Of a DNA stretch of 64,000 bases, positions 60,991 to 64,000 are shown piece after piece. The notes below the pieces were generated by a model. It was not told the origin of the DNA. It worked only from the letters and a program-made list of their open reading frames with translations, and did no database searches. Made by a program: the position numbers and the translations under genes. This DNA is from Candidatus Nealsonbacteria bacterium (GTDB lineage: Bacteria; Patescibacteriota; Minisyncoccia; Minisyncoccales; JANBVM01). The first letter of the stretch is position 1; every line of letters starts with the position of its first letter. The stretch lies in NCBI GenBank assembly GCA_026016225.1, contig CP061210.1:2000-65999 (forward strand), written 5' to 3'.

Positions 60991-61911
60991 TCAAAAAAGT
61001 GGCTTAAGGTCCCCCGAGCCAAACCTGTCAATATCATTAACAAAAAATCCATCACAGAAAGGAGAGGCCTTACAGTTCTCGCACATCTTAATCTTTTTCT
61101 TTAATCTATAAGAAGGCATGTCTTTTATTGAGGTTCTCTCGGATGAAGGCGGCTGACAGTATTTTCCTAAATTCGGAGGAAGACAGGTATTATTTATTGA
61201 TTTACTAATAAAACCAAAAACGCAATAAGGAATCTCGGTAAATAAAACCTTGTAATTCATTCTTGAAGCTTGGTGGTAGACTTTCCTTACGTAAGGAGTC
61301 AAGTCTTTAAAAGGAAGGTAATAAGAATAATCATTATCTGTAATACAGGGCACAGAAAAAGTCATGTTCCTTATATTCAATTTACTTTCCACCAAATCCA
61401 TTAAATCTAAAAGGTTATCTTTGTTCTGCTGGAGTATTAAAGAACTTATTTGGATTTTTATATCTGGTGCTTTCTTTAATACTCCTTTAATTCCCCTTAA
61501 GGTACGGGTAAAACTACCTGGTGTTTGAGTAACTGCGTCATGAATTTCTGAATTAGAGCCATACAGAGGTATCCTCAGTTTATCAATGCCCGACTTAACA
61601 AATTTCTCTAAAAACTGTTTGTCAGACAATCTTACTCCATTGGTTGCCATCTGAATAAATTCAAAACCACTTTTTTTGATATATTCTATCACTTGAATTA
61701 TCTCCTCGTATTCTAATGGATCACTACCTGAAATTATAATTTTTTTAATTCCTTGTTCCTTAAAATCTACTAAATTTCTATAACAATCAATAAGTTGATG
61801 TTTAATTTCAGACTCACTTTTTTTAAAGTGACCACCGCAAAAAACACAAGAATTACTACACCCAGGATTTAAAATTATGCCTCCGTATTCTTTTTTTCTC
61901 CCATTGATCAT
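60991..61911 (-). CDS. Radical SAM protein, HxsC-like
   Basis: CSNSCVFC, SGSDP, TNG, HDAVT, IPYC and CENCKASPFCDG. Confidence 0.87.
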   Translation of the reverse strand: MINGRKKEYGGIILNPGCSNSCVFCGGHFKKSESEIKHQLIDCYRNLVDFKEQGIKKIIISGSDPLEYEEIIQVIEYIKKSGFEFIQMATNGVRLSDKQFLEKFVKSGIDKLRIPLYGSNSEIHDAVTQTPGSFTRTLRGIKGVLKKAPDIKIQISSLILQQNKDNLLDLMDLVESKLNIRNMTFSVPCITDNDYSYYLPFKDLTPYVRKVYHQASRMNYKVLFTEIPYCVFGFISKSINNTCLPPNLGKYCQPPSSERTSIKDMPSYRLKKKIKMCENCKASPFCDGFFVNDIDRFGSGDLKPLF

Positions 61912-61932
61912 ATTTTGCTTATAAATAAGATT

Positions 61933-62934
61933 TTAATAAGAAGATAAAATCTTCAATTGTTTAATGCTTAAATCTTTAACCGGTCTCAATTCTTTATCTC
62001 CGTAGCGTTGAAGGTATATTTTCCAGATACCCTCACATTTATCATATAATTTACAACCTTTACATTTCTTTGTTTTCATTCTTCCAATCACCCGCCGGTT
62101 CTCCTCAACGTCAGGACTGTAGAAATCAGGTGCAACATGCTCTGTACGAAAGGTTGCAACCTCCTGCAGTTCGCTAATCTGGTCTAAATAATCTTGGAAA
62201 TAACAAAGGGGAACATAACGAACATGCCAGTGTTGGAGATGAGCACGCTTCCCTATATCTAAACATTTATGGACATAGTCTGCTATCTCTGAAATTCGAG
62301 GCACCAATTCAGCAAAATAATCACAGGCTGCCCCTTCGTTGCAATCTACAAAAATAAATTCGCTATCATCAATTCCTAATCTTCTAATATATTCACCGAT
62401 TCGAGGAAGAAACCTATAGTTTTGTTTAACAATGGTGGTGTTAGAACCAATATGAATATTTAACCCTAATTTTTTAGAAATCTTTTGAACATTCTTTACG
62501 CCTTGTTTGAGCTGATTAAAACTTCCCGGGACCCGAGTTAGCCAATCATGTAGTTTCGGTGTATGGCCATGAATAGAAAAGACAAGACTATTTAAGCCGG
62601 CCTTGAGTATAGACTCTGCCAGGTCAGGATAGGAATACATTCTTCCATTGGAAGACATCATAATTGTAGAAAAACCCAAGTCTTTAGCAAATTTTATCAA
62701 TCTTACAATATCAGTCCTAATAGTCATTTCTCCGCCGATTAGCTCTAAGTAGTCCGACCCTCTTTTACGTGCGTCAGTCATCTCTTGTTGTACCTGCAAG
62801 GTTGTTCTAACAGGAAGGTTTCTTTTATTAGCTTCCATACAAAAGCGACAGCGATTATTGCAGCGATAGCCTGTAAAAATAACTGTTTTTTTAATCTTTT
62901 TCCAGGGCATATAAAAAGGTGGCAATTTTATCAA
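61933..62934 (-). CDS. Radical SAM protein, HxsC-like
   Basis: CNNRCRFC, IGGE, SSNGR, HDWLT, VPLC and CKGCKLYDKCEG. The start may be the internal ATG at about 62910. Confidence 0.88.
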   Translation of the reverse strand: MIKLPPFYMPWKKIKKTVIFTGYRCNNRCRFCMEANKRNLPVRTTLQVQQEMTDARKRGSDYLELIGGEMTIRTDIVRLIKFAKDLGFSTIMMSSNGRMYSYPDLAESILKAGLNSLVFSIHGHTPKLHDWLTRVPGSFNQLKQGVKNVQKISKKLGLNIHIGSNTTIVKQNYRFLPRIGEYIRRLGIDDSEFIFVDCNEGAACDYFAELVPRISEIADYVHKCLDIGKRAHLQHWHVRYVPLCYFQDYLDQISELQEVATFRTEHVAPDFYSPDVEENRRVIGRMKTKKCKGCKLYDKCEGIWKIYLQRYGDKELRPVKDLSIKQLKILSSY

Positions 62935-62964
62935 TTTCTACTTTAAGATAAAAAATGTTTTTGT

Positions 62965-63927
62965 CTATTTCACCGGTTTTAATTCTCCAAGACCAAATAC
63001 TTTAGCATAATTTTTCCAAACCCCATAACAGTAAGGATTATATTTACATTCCTTACACCTTTTGGACTTTACTTTCTTTTTCCTTCTGTTTTCATCTACA
63101 GAACATTCAAAATCAGGACCGCGAAGATAGGTATCAGATTGAAATATATCATTAATTGACTCCTCATAGTCGGGAAGTAAACAGGGAACCATATTATAAA
63201 CATAACAAGGAACCTTCTTTAATCCAATTCTTAGTGCTTCTCTAAAATAGGGAGCAACCACACTCATTTTGGCCACAATAGCTTCTGGATTTTTAAGCAC
63301 ATTCCCTTCGATAGTAGCATAAATAAGTCGAAATTCTTTAACGTCTAATTTGAGTAAAAATTTTATCAATTCTGGGAGATGGAGGTAGTTTAACTTTAAA
63401 ATAACTATGTTTATCTTAACTACTTGTTTTAACTCTTTTAAATTCTTTAAACCTTGAAGTGTCTGTTTGTAGGCTCCCCTAACACCCATTATTTTATCGT
63501 GAACACTCTCAAAAGGGGAATAAAAAGAAACCACAAAAATATTTACACCAGCCCGAATCAACTCCTCGCAGTAACCCTTATAATAAAACAATCTGCCATT
63601 TGACTGTATCTCAATATTGGGAATTCTTTTCTTGGCATACTTAACAAGCTTAATTAAATCTTTTCTCAGGGTCGGCTCACCGCCAGAAAAAGCAAACGTA
63701 TGCGCCTTAGCATGCACCGCTATATCAATGTCTTTTTTAATCTCTTTAAAGGGTTTTAAACCTCTATTTTCATCCATGTTACTCCTCTCAATCGCATTAG
63801 CTACCGAACACATAATACAATTACAATTACATCTAAAGATGCAAAGGCTTTCTACCTTGCCATAACTTCTTTGATCCAGGGGTCTGGTATCTTTATCTTT
63901 TTTTGACTTTTTAACAAATTTTGGCAT
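62965..63927 (-). CDS. Radical SAM protein, HxsC-like
   Basis: CNCNCIMC, SGGEPT, QSNGR, HDKIM, VPC and CKECKYNPYCYG. Confidence 0.88.
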   Translation of the reverse strand: MPKFVKKSKKDKDTRPLDQRSYGKVESLCIFRCNCNCIMCSVANAIERSNMDENRGLKPFKEIKKDIDIAVHAKAHTFAFSGGEPTLRKDLIKLVKYAKKRIPNIEIQSNGRLFYYKGYCEELIRAGVNIFVVSFYSPFESVHDKIMGVRGAYKQTLQGLKNLKELKQVVKINIVILKLNYLHLPELIKFLLKLDVKEFRLIYATIEGNVLKNPEAIVAKMSVVAPYFREALRIGLKKVPCYVYNMVPCLLPDYEESINDIFQSDTYLRGPDFECSVDENRRKKKVKSKRCKECKYNPYCYGVWKNYAKVFGLGELKPVK

Positions 63928-63936
63928 TTATATAAC

Positions 63937-63999
63937 TTAAATCTTTAAAGTTATCTTATAAACCTTAATTCTGTTTACATCAAAAAGATGCTCTTTTTC
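63937..63999 (-). CDS. Probable 3' end of an upstream gene (partial)
   Basis: Open frame EKEHLFDVNRIKVYKITLKI* ending 9 bp before the radical SAM start. Confidence 0.35.
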   Translation of the reverse strand, partial: EKEHLFDVNRIKVYKITLKI

Positions 64000-64000
64000 C

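Noticed and set aside
60975..61055. N-terminal extension of radical SAM 60087-61055
   Set aside because: Overlaps the upstream paralogue; ATG 60974 puts CxxxCxxC at the same near-N-terminal position as its paralogues.

Overview
Low-GC, gene-dense, genetic-code-11 window. Gene content and style (rpoB-rpoC without rplKAJL, secG next to a family-5 solute-binding protein, cupin-type PGI, GH57/GlgA cluster, minor-pilin cluster, few Shine-Dalgarno sites) point to a Patescibacteria/CPR bacterium, most like Parcubacteria. This is my pattern recognition, not a database result. Core genes: rpoD, dnaG, groES/EL, htpX-lemA, rnj, trpS, ychF, rpsF-ssb-rpsR, recA, ftsK, rpoBC, rodA, ligA, tRNA-Ser(GGA) and tRNA-Leu(CAG). 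Five things stand out. (1) A tRNA-Asn(GUU) split by a 262-nt group I intron, preceded by an HTH/LAGLIDADG-like gene and followed by about 5 kb of integrase-less cassettes with shared ends and tRNA-3'-like remnants. (2) A three-gene insert beside groES, including a beta-helix/PKD/Ig surface protein resembling Asgard-archaeal proteins but carrying sigma70 promoters. (3) A 14.5-kb minus-strand locus joining five paralogous HxsC-like radical SAM enzymes, a B12-radical SAM, a GT2, an archaeal-type prepilin peptidase, a roughly 44-Cys exported protein, a PKD protein and four minor pilins. This is the best candidate for an undescribed system. (4) Modular hairpin repeats that fill intergenic regions and also sit in frame inside core genes. 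(5) A recurring AAAGGTCG leader motif. No CRISPR array, integrase, transposase or reverse transcriptase was seen.
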